The position numbers and the translations under genes are program-made. 64,000 bases of DNA from a virus. Positions within the stretch are counted from its first letter, which is position 1, and the number at the start of each line of letters is the position of its first letter. The stretch lies in UHGV virus genome UHGV-1364187. The stretch is one strand, 5' to 3'. The notes beneath the pieces were generated by a model. It ran no database searches and was not told where the DNA came from. It was given only the letters and a program-made list of their open reading frames with translations. Of this stretch, positions 10,304 through 19,892 are shown in pieces.

Positions 10304-11236
10304 CTATTCACATCCTTTATCAAAATACTTTCCTTTATAATAATTGCCAATTTTTATTGTATCTAAATTATATTCTGTGCATTTTTTACCGACAGTCAAT
10401 CTAATATTTTTCTTATGTAAAAGTTCTTCTGTTATTCCGATAGAATTCATATCTTCTTCAAAGTTAGTAAATGTTAACCATCTTTCACATATAGTATGTT
10501 CACTACACCATTCAGTATTATATACCATATATATTAATCTTGACCATTTTATATATAGTCTATTTTTGTTTTTATCACTAATAACTCTTCCTGTAGATGC
10601 TATACCACCACATATGTTTTTATAAGTATGATCTATAACTTTTCCATTGTCCACACATCCAATATTATATTCTGTTTCATATCCAGATATTAAGAATTTT
10701 ATTTTACACATTGTTATTTTTGTTCCATTTTTATTACGTGTACTATATGTTGAAGTTACAATGAATTCTAATCCATCTTTACTTGTATGAATTGTGGATT
10801 CAACAGTATTTAATCTTTGTTTTGAATCTGAAATAGAACCATTTGTTATATTGCTTCTTGTGACATAATATATATTCTTAGATTCAATAAATTGTATTTT
10901 GTAATTACTACTTTGCGTATTATGTATCATCTTATATTTCTCATCCATATCCAATACTTTAAATTCTAATCCGTCATTATTTTTAAATATTTTACCTATA
11001 ATATTTGATTTGTTACATGGTCTATTGTATGTCTTATCTACTGCTAAATTATGCATTATTATATATCTTGATGCTTCGGTTTCATAATCAGTTTCTATAA
11101 ATCTTATATTATAATAATGATTATTATTTCCATCATATATACATCCAAGATGTTTTAATACAATAAATCTTCTTCCATATTTTCCTTCAAATTCTTTTCC
11201 AATGATATCGTTATACTCTACTACACTTCTTCCCAT
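10304..11236 (-). CDS. hypothetical protein with three tandem ~55-aa repeats; possibly DNA-binding or endonuclease-like
   Basis: Repeats GKEFEGKYGRRFIV..YNIRFIE, DGLEFKVLD..YKIQFIE and DGLEFIVTS..KIKFLISG. The start is taken at the internal ATG (MGRSVVEY) preceded by aaaggagagtg. Confidence 0.45.
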   Translation of the reverse strand: MGRSVVEYNDIIGKEFEGKYGRRFIVLKHLGCIYDGNNNHYYNIRFIETDYETEASRYIIMHNLAVDKTYNRPCNKSNIIGKIFKNNDGLEFKVLDMDEKYKMIHNTQSSNYKIQFIESKNIYYVTRSNITNGSISDSKQRLNTVESTIHTSKDGLEFIVTSTYSTRNKNGTKITMCKIKFLISGYETEYNIGCVDNGKVIDHTYKNICGGIASTGRVISDKNKNRLYIKWSRLIYMVYNTEWCSEHTICERWLTFTNFEEDMNSIGITEELLHKKNIRLTVGKKCTEYNLDTIKIGNYYKGKYFDKGCE

Positions 11237-11274
11237 TATAATACACTCTCCTTTAGTATTATTAAATATATACT

Positions 11275-11298
11275 CACATATATAATATATAATCAAAA
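11275..11298 (-). promoter_or_regulatory. conserved AT-rich phage promoter-like motif (copy E)
   Basis: The minus strand reads tttgattatatattatatatgtgagt, about 40 nt upstream of the ATG at 11236. Confidence 0.45.
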
Positions 11299-11338
11299 TG
11301 AATATTAGAATACCTTTTTTGGTATTCTAATATTCATT
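11297..11338 (-). terminator. strong hairpin terminator after the HNH gene
   Basis: 18-bp stem aatgaatattagaatacc/ggtattctaatattcatt with a T6 loop. Confidence 0.6.
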
Positions 11339-11478
11339 CTTTTCGTTCAAACAGCATATATATTTAGGAGATGATTTTTAATGGACTTAACTAACCCATT
11401 ACAAATATGTTGTATATATTATAAACTATTACTTTTTATATTTAGACAAATTAATAGATAGTATAGAATATATATATT

Positions 11479-12666
11479 CTATACTACATTTTTATGTGTT
11501 CTATATTTTACAATATCACTTATAGTACTAATATTATATCCAGTACTATATTTTATTTCAGTTAGTGTCATACCCTCTTGTTCATACATTCTTCTTATAT
11601 CTCTTACAATATCATCTGTTATACTTCTTCCAGGAGCATTGGATAAATCATATTGTTCATATATATCTCTATGTGCTCTACCGCTAGTAATATTCACAAT
11701 AGTTTTTCTATTTATATCAAGATGATGTGATATCATTGTTGGAGTATATCCATTGGAAAACAATATCATTATATTATGCACATCTTCATCTGTAATCTTA
11801 GTTGGAACATAAGCATTAGATAAATCGTATTGATTTCTAATATCTAAATGTTTCTTTCCACCATATACAATATTAGTTACAGTTTTTCTATTTAAATTTA
11901 ATTCATCTGCAATCTGATATGCTTGATACCCTTGAGAATATAATCTAAATATATCATGTAAAGTATCTTCTGGAAGTAATCTTGTAACTTGATCTAATTC
12001 TAATTCTTCATATACATCTTTATGGCTAGAACCACATGATATATTTCTTACATTAACATATGAAACTCCAGTTTTTTCTGCAATTTCTTTAAGAGATAAT
12101 GTTGTATCCTTAATAAGATTACCAACTTCATAAGCTTTCTCTTTAGATATACATATAGCTTCTACTTCTGGTCTTAATTCTTCATATGAATGATGAACAT
12201 TTTCTAATGGAGTAGCCCATTCAAGATTACATAACCAATTACACCATGTACAACCATTTATATGATTGACTTGATATTGTTCTGGATTTTCTATTGGAAG
12301 AAATGTCATCATTACTAATCTATGAACAAAGTATATATGTTTCTTTCCATCAAGACATGATAATCCAACTCGTAGATATCCTTTATCTGTAGATTGTTGT
12401 TGCATGAATACATTATTAAGTAATGAGAATATTCTTCCGTAATTACTTACCATATATCTTCCAGGAACAATTTCTTCTGAATTTATAAATACAAATATTT
12501 CATCTGGAGCCATAAGTGGGATATATGTATATTCTTGTTGATAATTTGAAAATTGTTCTGGTATATAATTTGGTGGTAGTTCTTTTCCAGTCTTAGAAAT
12601 ATATGCTGGAATTATTAAATTTTTGATTTCTTGTCCTTCTTTATACTCTTTGTTTTTGTAATACAT
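11479..12666 (-). CDS. free-standing HNH homing endonuclease (NUMOD4 + HNH_3 + C-terminal helix-turn-helix repeats)
   Basis: NUMOD4-like RYMVSNYGRIFS. HNH_3 motif VNHINGCTWCNWLCNLEWATPLENVHH. Four repeats of the NLNRKTVTNIVYGGKKH / DINRKTIVNITSGRAHRDIY type. RBS gaaaggatg. Confidence 0.85.
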   Translation of the reverse strand: MYYKNKEYKEGQEIKNLIIPAYISKTGKELPPNYIPEQFSNYQQEYTYIPLMAPDEIFVFINSEEIVPGRYMVSNYGRIFSLLNNVFMQQQSTDKGYLRVGLSCLDGKKHIYFVHRLVMMTFLPIENPEQYQVNHINGCTWCNWLCNLEWATPLENVHHSYEELRPEVEAICISKEKAYEVGNLIKDTTLSLKEIAEKTGVSYVNVRNISCGSSHKDVYEELELDQVTRLLPEDTLHDIFRLYSQGYQAYQIADELNLNRKTVTNIVYGGKKHLDIRNQYDLSNAYVPTKITDEDVHNIMILFSNGYTPTMISHHLDINRKTIVNITSGRAHRDIYEQYDLSNAPGRSITDDIVRDIRRMYEQEGMTLTEIKYSTGYNISTISDIVKYRTHKNVV

Positions 12667-12725
12667 TTAAATCATCCTTTCTATTTTTAGATTATTTTTT
12701 TGTTAGTGTAATATTAAAAAATAAA

Positions 12726-12750
12726 TATAAACTAGGAACACCCTAGTTTA
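12726..12750 (-). terminator. hairpin plus T-run overlapping the stop codon of the beta-prime middle fragment
   Basis: Stem aaactagg/cctagttt followed by atatttatttttt on the minus strand. Confidence 0.5.
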
Positions 12751-13978
12751 TATTTAATATTCCAAATGCATCATTTAACATATCAGTAATGTCAGTAGTT
12801 TTAACAACACTATTATGAAACGCTTTTAAGCTTCTTTGTTTGGTTGTTGAAGCGATTTTGCTCATAGCCATACCTATATGGGCTATACCTATTCTTCTAA
12901 ATAGACTACTACCACATACCTCACATATATCTTCACCTTCACATAATGCAGCGAATCTAAGATTAACAGTTTTATCTATAAATTGATTCTTTGTATCTGA
13001 AGTAATTTCAATTACTTTATCTCCTTGTTGGACAAAACAATACATATATTGTTTAATATTCTTCTTTGTTAATTTAACTCTAATTGTACGTTTCGTTTTA
13101 CAATCACTTCCCTTAGGAGAAATAGAAATATGTTGAAATCCACTGAATAATAATTTCTCCCAATATCCACCAATTTGAGTTTTGATAGCTCTCGCTGTTG
13201 CTCCAGGTGCAATAGAGTTAGCAAATATATGATAATCCTCTTTAGATATACCATCCATATAACATGATGTAGCTATATCATATTTACCTGTTACGTTATT
13301 ATATACAGCACCTTTCATCATACACATATTCTTTAAGTTATTTTCAATATTACCTCTGGCTTTACAATCAAAGATTTCCATCGCATCATCATCTTTTAAT
13401 ATTTCTTTTGTTTGTGCTATTAATTGATTAGAAATATCTTCTGCTACAACTTCATCACCATCTTCAAGAGCTTTCTTATTCTCTTTAATAAGTTTAGTCT
13501 TTAATGGCTTAAGTTTATCTGATAAAGATAATATAGCATCATCATAATGAGCTGCTAATACTGTAGTTAATCTCATTAGTATTTGTGACTTTAATAAGAA
13601 ATGTTTTAATGCATCTAATGGTACTTTATCTTCCAATCTAGCATATGTAATATCAGATACAATATCATTAAATACATCATCATCTACAGAATAATTTATA
13701 TACTTTTCTAATTCAAATAGTTCTTTCTCTATACATAGTCTATTAAATATCCATAACCCTACAGTAGTTGTAAATTCATTCTTATTTCTCTTTCCTTCAG
13801 GACCATAAGAATTTGGTGGAATTTTAATATAATTAAATGGTTCAAATCTTCTTTTATTGTTAAACTTTCCAAGTAATTCTATAATAAGACTTATAGTTAA
13901 ATCTTTTTCTTCTAAAGATAATAGATAATCTATATCTTCTTGTTTTGTTATAAACACACCATCTTTTACTTTAGGCAT
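12743..13978 (-). CDS. rpoC: multisubunit RNAP beta-prime middle fragment (funnel, bridge helix, trigger-loop helices); ends inside the trigger loop
   Basis: TTVGLWIF matches [28 protein letters not shown] matches [57 protein letters not shown] matches the bridge helix [53 protein letters not shown] matches trigger-loop helix 1 (IGEPGTQLTMRTFH), and [10 protein letters not shown] matches trigger-loop helix 2 (DITGGLPRVAELFEAR). The start is taken at MPKVK, which follows aaaggaga. Confidence 0.75.
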   Translation of the reverse strand: [411 protein letters not shown]

Positions 13979-14024
13979 ATTATAATCTCCTTTCATCTAA
14001 TTTATATTAATTAGATGTAAACAG

Positions 14025-14052
14025 ACAAAAAATAAAAGAGCAGAAACTAATC
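14025..14052 (-). terminator. hairpin terminator after gene 14069..14524
   Basis: Stem aaaagag/ctctttt followed by a T-run on the minus strand. Confidence 0.45.
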
Positions 14053-14068
14053 TACTCTTTTATATGTA

Positions 14069-14524
14069 TTATTCGATTACTAATTTAGATTTAACAATAG
14101 TAATTGCTAATTCTTTATCTTTAAAAATCATCGGTAAGATATCTTTACCATCATATACTCTAAAGTCAGGTCCACATAATTCTGTAACGATTCCTTTGAT
14201 TGCTGGAAGTATATACTTTTCTCTAGCAATATATCCATCATCGTAAGATTCAATCATCTTTACAATCTTTTGTCTTTGAATTGTATTTTCAACTTTACCA
14301 TTTGTTGGTAATTGTTTTACCAATTTCTTAATATCGATAAGTGTTTTAAGAGGATTAGTTCTAAATAATTCCTCTGTAATCTTTTCTGCTTCTGTTTCTT
14401 TAAATCCTTCTGGATTGAATAATGATACCTTTTTATTTGTTCTTTCTGTTTCCATAATTCTAATACCCTCCATAATTGCACCTAATAATTCTACTTCTTC
14501 TTGTGTGAATGCTTTTACTATCAT
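14069..14524 (-). CDS. hypothetical protein (151 aa)
   Basis: ORF only. Confidence 0.45.
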   Translation of the reverse strand: MIVKAFTQEEVELLGAIMEGIRIMETERTNKKVSLFNPEGFKETEAEKITEELFRTNPLKTLIDIKKLVKQLPTNGKVENTIQRQKIVKMIESYDDGYIAREKYILPAIKGIVTELCGPDFRVYDGKDILPMIFKDKELAITIVKSKLVIE

Positions 14525-15300
14525 TTTTAAACAACTCCTTTAATATTATTATTGTATTATTTACACTATTATAATATATAAGTGAAATATTAGACTTTTA
14601 CATAATATAATAACACACTAAGTCACATAGGGGATGAGCTTAGTGTGTTATTAATTTGGTAGATTGATGGTTAAGCAAGCAAAGTGGATTGTTTGCTAAA
14701 AAAATAGTGTTTTTTTGGAGTAAGACAATATTTGATATTACTTTGTATTTTGGGATTTGACTTAAGACAAATACTTGTCTCAAATATATGTTATTATATT
14801 TTAAAAGTTTAATATCCACCATAGATTTTACTCTATGGTGGATATACACACAAAAAAGGAAAGAAGAAAAAGAAAAAAAGTTTTAATATGGTTTACTAAT
14901 ATGTTATATTGTATAAAAAGATAAAAACCTATACTATTATAGTATAGGTTTTTACAAATAAATTTAAAAGGAGATTGCTTAATACAAAAAGACTTATATC
15001 CCGATGGATTATATATATATGTTTATAATAAAAAAATAAGATAAGCCATAATAGCTTATCTTATTTTTCAAAAGAATTGTAGAGTTAAAAAAACAGCTAA
15101 TTTAATATATAAAGGATTATTTATATGTTTATTAAAATTTAAACCTTAATAATCTCAGCTTGTATTATCATATTTTTATCTTCAGAATAATATATAATTA
15201 AAAAATTAGACCATACTATAAAAAGTATGGTCTAATTTAATATGTTTAGAACATTAATATAATAAAATAACGAAAAAATAAACTATAACCAGTAGAGTTC
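14525..15300. other. 776-bp non-coding region containing at least five perfect hairpins
   Basis: Hairpins at 14611-14650, 14812-14845, 14924-14953, 15035-15065 and 15205-15236, several flanked by T-runs on both strands. No convincing ORF; the ORF at 14640..14849 is low-complexity and looks spurious. Confidence 0.5.
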
Positions 15301-16137
15301 CTAATAGAAGCAGAGATAAGTTATATCAAGGCTCTTTGTATATTCGTTAAGTGGTTCGCTTGGAAAATGAAGAACCGTTAATGGTCTGATGGATTCATAA
15401 TATATATACCCATTAATTTCGTGTTTATACCCAGTTAATAATGAAATAGCATTAATTTTTGCAGTATCTAATCCAGTTGTAGATGCAAACCATTCTCTAC
15501 AATCATCTACTGTAATTTTCAATTTCAATTGAACAAATGATTCAATCTCTAAAGTATTAGTTGAATCAAATACATTAGCATCAATAGGAGTACCGTCAAC
15601 ATATCTTTGAATAAGTTCTGGTTCTGTATCAAATGCTTTAAAATAATAAGCAATTTTTCCATTAGTAAGTGCTCTACCAAAATATCTAGTTCTATCTAAA
15701 TCTGATAGATCATTAGGTGGAGTAATATATCTAAATGGAACTAAATCACTAGGTTTAATCCATTTTGAATAATCAACATCATATACTTGATGTTGTTCTT
15801 GTCCACATCCACCGACACCAACAGCAAATAGACAAACTACTTCATCTCTTCTAACTCCAGGTTCTGGGTTAGGAGTATTTAAAGTGTTTTCTAATCCCAA
15901 TACCGTATTATACGATGGTGTTCTTGTTGGCACATCAATATTATAATGTTTCATCATAGTAAATGCTGAACCTGATACAATGACTTTATTATGTAAGCCT
16001 TGATGTAATACATTTCCTAAACCATCTTTAATAGTGATTAATGATCCAGGACGTTGTATATTAGCTTTATCTGCATTACGAACAGCATCTGATAAAATTC
16101 GCATTTGTTCTTGTTGTTCATCTGTAGGAATAGCCAT
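15301..16137 (-). CDS. hypothetical protein (278 aa)
   Basis: RBS aaaggaggaatt upstream of the ATG. No motifs. Confidence 0.5.
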   Translation of the reverse strand: MAIPTDEQQEQMRILSDAVRNADKANIQRPGSLITIKDGLGNVLHQGLHNKVIVSGSAFTMMKHYNIDVPTRTPSYNTVLGLENTLNTPNPEPGVRRDEVVCLFAVGVGGCGQEQHQVYDVDYSKWIKPSDLVPFRYITPPNDLSDLDRTRYFGRALTNGKIAYYFKAFDTEPELIQRYVDGTPIDANVFDSTNTLEIESFVQLKLKITVDDCREWFASTTGLDTAKINAISLLTGYKHEINGYIYYESIRPLTVLHFPSEPLNEYTKSLDITYLCFY

Positions 16138-16187
16138 TATAATTCCTCCTTTATAAGTAATATAATATTATATAGATGTTTAGACGT

Positions 16188-18644
16188 TTAAATACGAGTT
16201 ATCTCTATCATGTCTTCTGGAATACAACTATCATTATAAGTATTGATAACTTTTATATCTAATTCATGTTGGAACATAAAATGGTTTATATCATCAAACT
16301 CATAGAATATTTTAAACCATATTTCTTCTCTGTTAATTCCAATAAATTCTGGATCATCTGGTTTATCTCCAAGATCTAATCCCCAACCAATACTAATTTC
16401 ATCTCTAATTGGAATTTTATCATCTAATGTATTATATACTTCAAACATTGGAGTTTCATCAAACTCAGTGTATGTTTTTACATCAAAAGCACTAATCCAT
16501 CTCATGGTATCAATAACTTTTATTTTATTACCAATAACATCATCAAATCTATACACTGTATTGATCTTGTCTAATTGAATTTTATAAGATTTATAAAAGT
16601 TTATTACAGTATAGATATATTGTTTTACTACATTACCTATCATTGGCATATTCATGAATAGATAATCAAATTCACTACAATTAATATAATCTTCTAATGA
16701 AGATAATATCTCAATCATAGTATCAGAAATAGCATTCTCTTTTTCTTTTCCGTCTAATAATCTTATATTACTAATATGATTATAAATATCTATATTATTA
16801 TATAAGAAGTATTCTGTATATGTTTTAGCCATACTACCATCTGGTAATTGATATACTTTATTTGATACGTCTGTTACCATTAATGCATTATATATATCTT
16901 CATATATTCTGTATATATCAGCATCGTTAGCATTTTTCATTTGATATATAATATGATCATAAATCTTCTTATTAGTAAGGAATATATTAGTTAATTGATT
17001 GAATGTAAGAATTTGTTCTGTTGGTATAATAAATTCATCTATTCCTAGTTGTTCTAAAGTTACATGATTATTCATTAGATATTCTGATAATTTGGTAAAA
17101 TCTAATTGAAAATTAAATCCCATAACAGATAATACTTTAGACGGTGCATCAGACACAATATCATCTTGTAAACCTGATTGTTCATAATTAAGTAGATATA
17201 AATACATTATAGCATGTTTAATATTGATAGATGCTTCTGATATCTTATACACTTTAATATTTAGATTGTCTTCTAAGAATACATCATCCATAATCATATT
17301 AAAGAAATAACATGTTTCAAATGTAAGTTTATCCATTTCATATATAGTATCTATAGATAAGTATTTACTTCTTTCTATATTAAATTCTCTAGATATGATT
17401 TGTTTATATATAGTATCTTTATCATTACCTCCACACCAGAATGGATCATCCTTTGTCATATCCTCATATGATACATAACATTTATCATCTCTGATATAGT
17501 TATCAAGTATACCATCTATTGGAACTTTGATAAATTTAAGTTCAAAATTATTTACATAATCATCAACAGTTTCATATTGACCAGTTTCTTGATTGATTTC
17601 TGTAACCGTATCAAATAAATATTCACCGTTTTCATCAACTTTTCTAGCTCTAAGAATATAATATTTAAACAATTCTACATTCTTAAATCCGAATAATGAA
17701 CATATATCAACCATGTTCTTTGTAGTAGATTTAAATGTAAGAAGAGTATTCATATTCTTTAACATCGCTAATTGATATTTCATAGGTATTTCCTCAAAAT
17801 ATGTTATACCACTTGATTCAAATATATATTTTACAGTTCTAAGATCAAATACATCTTTACGAATAATCATATCTGGTATATCCATTAATAAATCACACAT
17901 AGCTTGAATCTTTATGAAGATTATTATAAATTTATTATAATAATCATTTTTATAAAGCATAGCATCTTTATATAAACATGTAAGAGCATAAGTTCTTGCA
18001 TTCTCTATTTTTTCCCTATATCTATTCTTTATTTCTGTTATAGATACTTGTGGCATATAAATAATACCAAATCTAGGTAATGTTCTTAATAGATATGGAT
18101 CTATACTTAATGATCCTAAATAATTAAGATATTCAGCATCAGGATATAATTCTCTATATTTATCTAATATACCCAATCCTTCTAATACATTTAATTCACT
18201 AGTAGTCATTTTATGTAATGGTATTTTATTATTAACACCAGCTATTTGTTCCGTTATTTTTATACCATCATCATCCAACGGTGGTAATCCACAAAATGTT
18301 CTATAATAATCATTCTGTTCTTCATAATTATTTATAAAATCTCTAACAGCAATTTTTAATAATTTATCATGGTATTCTTTTGGAATATTAGCATGGAATA
18401 CATATGGATCATCTGCTGTTAGTCCAACCTCATTAAGCTGAGCTACAGTATAATTAAACATATCAAATGATGCTAAACCTCTTCTACATTGTATATATGT
18501 ATTTGCAATTCTTGATATGTCTAATGTTTCGTATTTTCCGACTTCATCTTCATCTTTTAATATAGTATCCATCATTAATGTTTTCCCTACATGTATTAAC
18601 GTGTCTACCATAGGATAATCTGTTTCTATTTTATTATATGACAT
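16188..18644 (-). CDS. large hypothetical protein (~818 aa), possibly a virion/baseplate component
   Basis: Start taken at MSYNKIETDY, preceded by atggaggtaaatataATG. No catalytic motifs. Confidence 0.45.
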   Translation of the reverse strand: MSYNKIETDYPMVDTLIHVGKTLMMDTILKDEDEVGKYETLDISRIANTYIQCRRGLASFDMFNYTVAQLNEVGLTADDPYVFHANIPKEYHDKLLKIAVRDFINNYEEQNDYYRTFCGLPPLDDDGIKITEQIAGVNNKIPLHKMTTSELNVLEGLGILDKYRELYPDAEYLNYLGSLSIDPYLLRTLPRFGIIYMPQVSITEIKNRYREKIENARTYALTCLYKDAMLYKNDYYNKFIIIFIKIQAMCDLLMDIPDMIIRKDVFDLRTVKYIFESSGITYFEEIPMKYQLAMLKNMNTLLTFKSTTKNMVDICSLFGFKNVELFKYYILRARKVDENGEYLFDTVTEINQETGQYETVDDYVNNFELKFIKVPIDGILDNYIRDDKCYVSYEDMTKDDPFWCGGNDKDTIYKQIISREFNIERSKYLSIDTIYEMDKLTFETCYFFNMIMDDVFLEDNLNIKVYKISEASINIKHAIMYLYLLNYEQSGLQDDIVSDAPSKVLSVMGFNFQLDFTKLSEYLMNNHVTLEQLGIDEFIIPTEQILTFNQLTNIFLTNKKIYDHIIYQMKNANDADIYRIYEDIYNALMVTDVSNKVYQLPDGSMAKTYTEYFLYNNIDIYNHISNIRLLDGKEKENAISDTMIEILSSLEDYINCSEFDYLFMNMPMIGNVVKQYIYTVINFYKSYKIQLDKINTVYRFDDVIGNKIKVIDTMRWISAFDVKTYTEFDETPMFEVYNTLDDKIPIRDEISIGWGLDLGDKPDDPEFIGINREEIWFKIFYEFDDINHFMFQHELDIKVINTYNDSCIPEDMIEITRI

Positions 18645-18753
18645 TATATTTACCTCCATTTCATTTATCAATTTACTTATATGTAAAAATGTTCTAAACA
18701 TATGATATTACAACATAATAGTAAATTGATATAGAAAGAGGTGTAAAAAAAAT

Positions 18754-19416
18754 ATGAATGAATTTCCAGGAATAAAAATATTCGAAGGTATAAATCCAAC
18801 ATTAACTTCGCCTTATTCCCCATTTTCATTGTCTTTTTATCAAACAAGAAAAACATTGATTGATATAGATCTATATCAGCGATTTTTATCTAATGCTATA
18901 AAACAATTCAGGGGAACAGAAGTTTATAAACATTATAAAGCGTTCTTGATGGGATTAGGATTAGATAAGTCACAAATGCATTCTAATATAAATTCAGAAA
19001 TGGCTAATTTAGAAATGCATCATAATGTTCTTACAATATTTGATATAGCTATTATTCTTACTGAGCATACATTAAATCAATATGGATATATATCATCATT
19101 TGATTTAGTAAACATGCTTAGAAAAGAACATACCGAACATAGAGTACAACTTATCATGATTGATTTAACGACTCACCAATTATTTCATAATACTGGAGAA
19201 ATATATTTTCATCCAAATATGTGTGTTGGAAATTGGTGGGAATTCTTAGAATTATACAAAGATGGTGTAACACCAGATATAGCTAAAAAAGTTATAAAAT
19301 ATATAGATAGAGCTGAAGAGTTAGAAGGTTCTATTGATGGTAAGTATTCTGAACTTAGAAAAAATGTAAAAGATTGGAGTGTTTATAATGAGTCCTTCAA
19401 GCATAATGAATTTTAG
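18754..19416 (+). CDS. hypothetical protein (220 aa)
   Basis: RBS gaaagaggtg. Confidence 0.5.
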   Translation: MNEFPGIKIFEGINPTLTSPYSPFSLSFYQTRKTLIDIDLYQRFLSNAIKQFRGTEVYKHYKAFLMGLGLDKSQMHSNINSEMANLEMHHNVLTIFDIAIILTEHTLNQYGYISSFDLVNMLRKEHTEHRVQLIMIDLTTHQLFHNTGEIYFHPNMCVGNWWEFLELYKDGVTPDIAKKVIKYIDRAEELEGSIDGKYSELRKNVKDWSVYNESFKHNEF

Positions 19417-19849
19417 TAATATTCTTAATATTGTAACTATAATAATGTCACTATATATGATACATTTTTTAAATTGCATGCTAAAATATGTAAACGATAA
19501 AAACAAAATTAGAAAATATGAGATTGATATAAACTGTAAAGTTACACAACAAGAAGTTGAAGAGGAATTGGATGGATTTATTAGAGCTAGATGGGAAGAA
19601 TATTTTATTTGTAAATTAGGATGGAAAGAAACATATGCTCCTAATTCTAAAGAACAAGAAAAAGTGTTATCAGATATGGCAACTATTATAAGTTGTACAA
19701 TATCACCATTATTAATGACAAGATTATCACGTTTTTATAATCCTGAAAAAGATAAAGATGGAGTATCTGGTATTGATAAAGTAATAGCCGAAAAAATCCA
19801 TATTATTGTTCTAAATTATAGCTTAGAAAACAGTAAACCTACAAAATAG
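19388..19849 (+). CDS. hypothetical protein (~153 aa)
   Basis: The ATG at 19388 follows ggagtg; the ORF-track start is a GTG 9 nt upstream. Confidence 0.45.
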   Translation: MSPSSIMNFSNILNIVTIIMSLYMIHFLNCMLKYVNDKNKIRKYEIDINCKVTQQEVEEELDGFIRARWEEYFICKLGWKETYAPNSKEQEKVLSDMATIISCTISPLLMTRLSRFYNPEKDKDGVSGIDKVIAEKIHIIVLNYSLENSKPTK

Positions 19850-19858
19850 ATAAAAAAT

Positions 19859-19892
19859 AAAGGTATATAGTCTAAAATGACTATATACCTTT
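19859..19892. terminator. bidirectional terminator between convergent genes
   Basis: 14-bp stem aaaggtatatagtc/gactatataccttt. Confidence 0.65.

Noticed and set aside
11297-12742. Possibility that the HNH endonuclease sits in a third group I intron that splits beta-prime at the trigger loop
   Set aside because: Only ~75 nt separate the beta-prime stop from the HNH start, and that gap holds a terminator hairpin and an RBS. The downstream gene has its own promoter motif and no beta-prime C-terminal motifs. No R/S-like elements were seen.
14525-15300. tRNA or tmRNA genes in the large non-coding regions
   Set aside because: No cloverleaf-compatible GC-rich 70-90-nt segments and no GGTTCGAATCC-like T-arm. 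The hairpins are simple perfect stems.
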